DNA from: Lysobacteraceae bacterium
GTDB taxonomy: Bacteria; Pseudomonadota; Gammaproteobacteria; Xanthomonadales; Rhodanobacteraceae
Assembly (NCBI GenBank): GCA_028866435.1
Contig: JAGWIC010000001.1
Coordinates: 49,196 to 113,195 of the forward strand
Direction: 5' to 3'
DNA length: 64,000 nt
Shown: piece by piece, positions 63,828 to 64,000 of the stretch
How positions within the stretch are numbered: position 1 is the first letter of the stretch
How the letters are laid out: the number at the start of each line of letters is the position of its first letter
Made by a program: the position numbers and the translations under genes
Notes under the pieces: generated by a model
The model's input: only the letters and a program-made list of their open reading frames with translations
Database searches by the model: none
Told to the model about the DNA's origin: nothing

Positions 63828-64000
63828 ATGATTCCCTGGTTGAAGAGAACCCAGTTGTTGCGGTGGCTGCCCGATGCCGTGGTTCTGACCAGGATGTCGC
63901 GCCGGGACAATACCCTGTACCTCACCTTCGACGATGGTCCCGACCCCCGCTACACGGCCGGTCTGCTCGACCTGCTGCGCATGCACGGAGCCCAGGCGAC
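63828..64000 (+). CDS. Second CE4/NodB polysaccharide deacetylase, truncated by the window edge (not in the ORF track)
   Basis: Hand translation MIPWLKRTQLLRWLPDAVVLTRMSRRDNTLYLTFDDGPDPRYTAGLLDLLRMHGAQA..., containing the LTFDDGP motif. Confidence 0.85.
   Translation, partial: MIPWLKRTQLLRWLPDAVVLTRMSRRDNTLYLTFDDGPDPRYTAGLLDLLRMHGAQA

Larger units (their letters stand above)
29230..64000. other. Combined exopolysaccharide plus NRPS/PKS biosynthetic locus (right end beyond the window)
   Basis: Contiguous PPTase, priming transferase, NRPS/PKS, deacetylases, wzy, wzx, GTs and a CapK-like ligase, with no housekeeping genes in between. Confidence 0.8.

Overview
High-GC (visually about 70%) gammaproteobacterial DNA. 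Gene order and protein style suggest Xanthomonadales, probably Rhodanobacteraceae (inference, not searched). Positions 1 to about 29,000 are mostly housekeeping: TPR-GGDEF cyclase, slt, a GH17 glucan enzyme, an EEP hydrolase, two dsbA genes, cytochrome c4, engB, a GAF/MsrC protein, bioD, dcp, a KefB/C-type antiporter, GT9, a membrane ankyrin protein, ycgL, putA and a coxBA-coxC operon. Directly after coxC a locus of at least 35 kb begins and runs off the right edge. It interleaves a Wzx/Wzy-type exopolysaccharide pathway (priming sugar transferase, Wzy/ligase, Wzx, three GT4-like glycosyltransferases, two CE4 deacetylases, a CapK-like ligase, a fused sugar oxidoreductase, a heparinase II/III-like protein) with a two-gene thiotemplate assembly line (A-T-KS-AT-ACP-aminotransferase, then C-A-T-C-A-T) and its own Sfp-type PPTase. 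Hand-read specificity codes suggest Val, malonate, transamination, Ser, Gly, and there is no release domain. The main hypothesis is a polysaccharide decorated, anchored or cross-linked by a diamino acyl-peptide made by the NRPS/PKS. No rRNA, tRNA, CRISPR array, transposase or integrase was recognised. All family calls come from motif reading, not database searches. Start codons were adjusted from the ORF track where a better start was visible.
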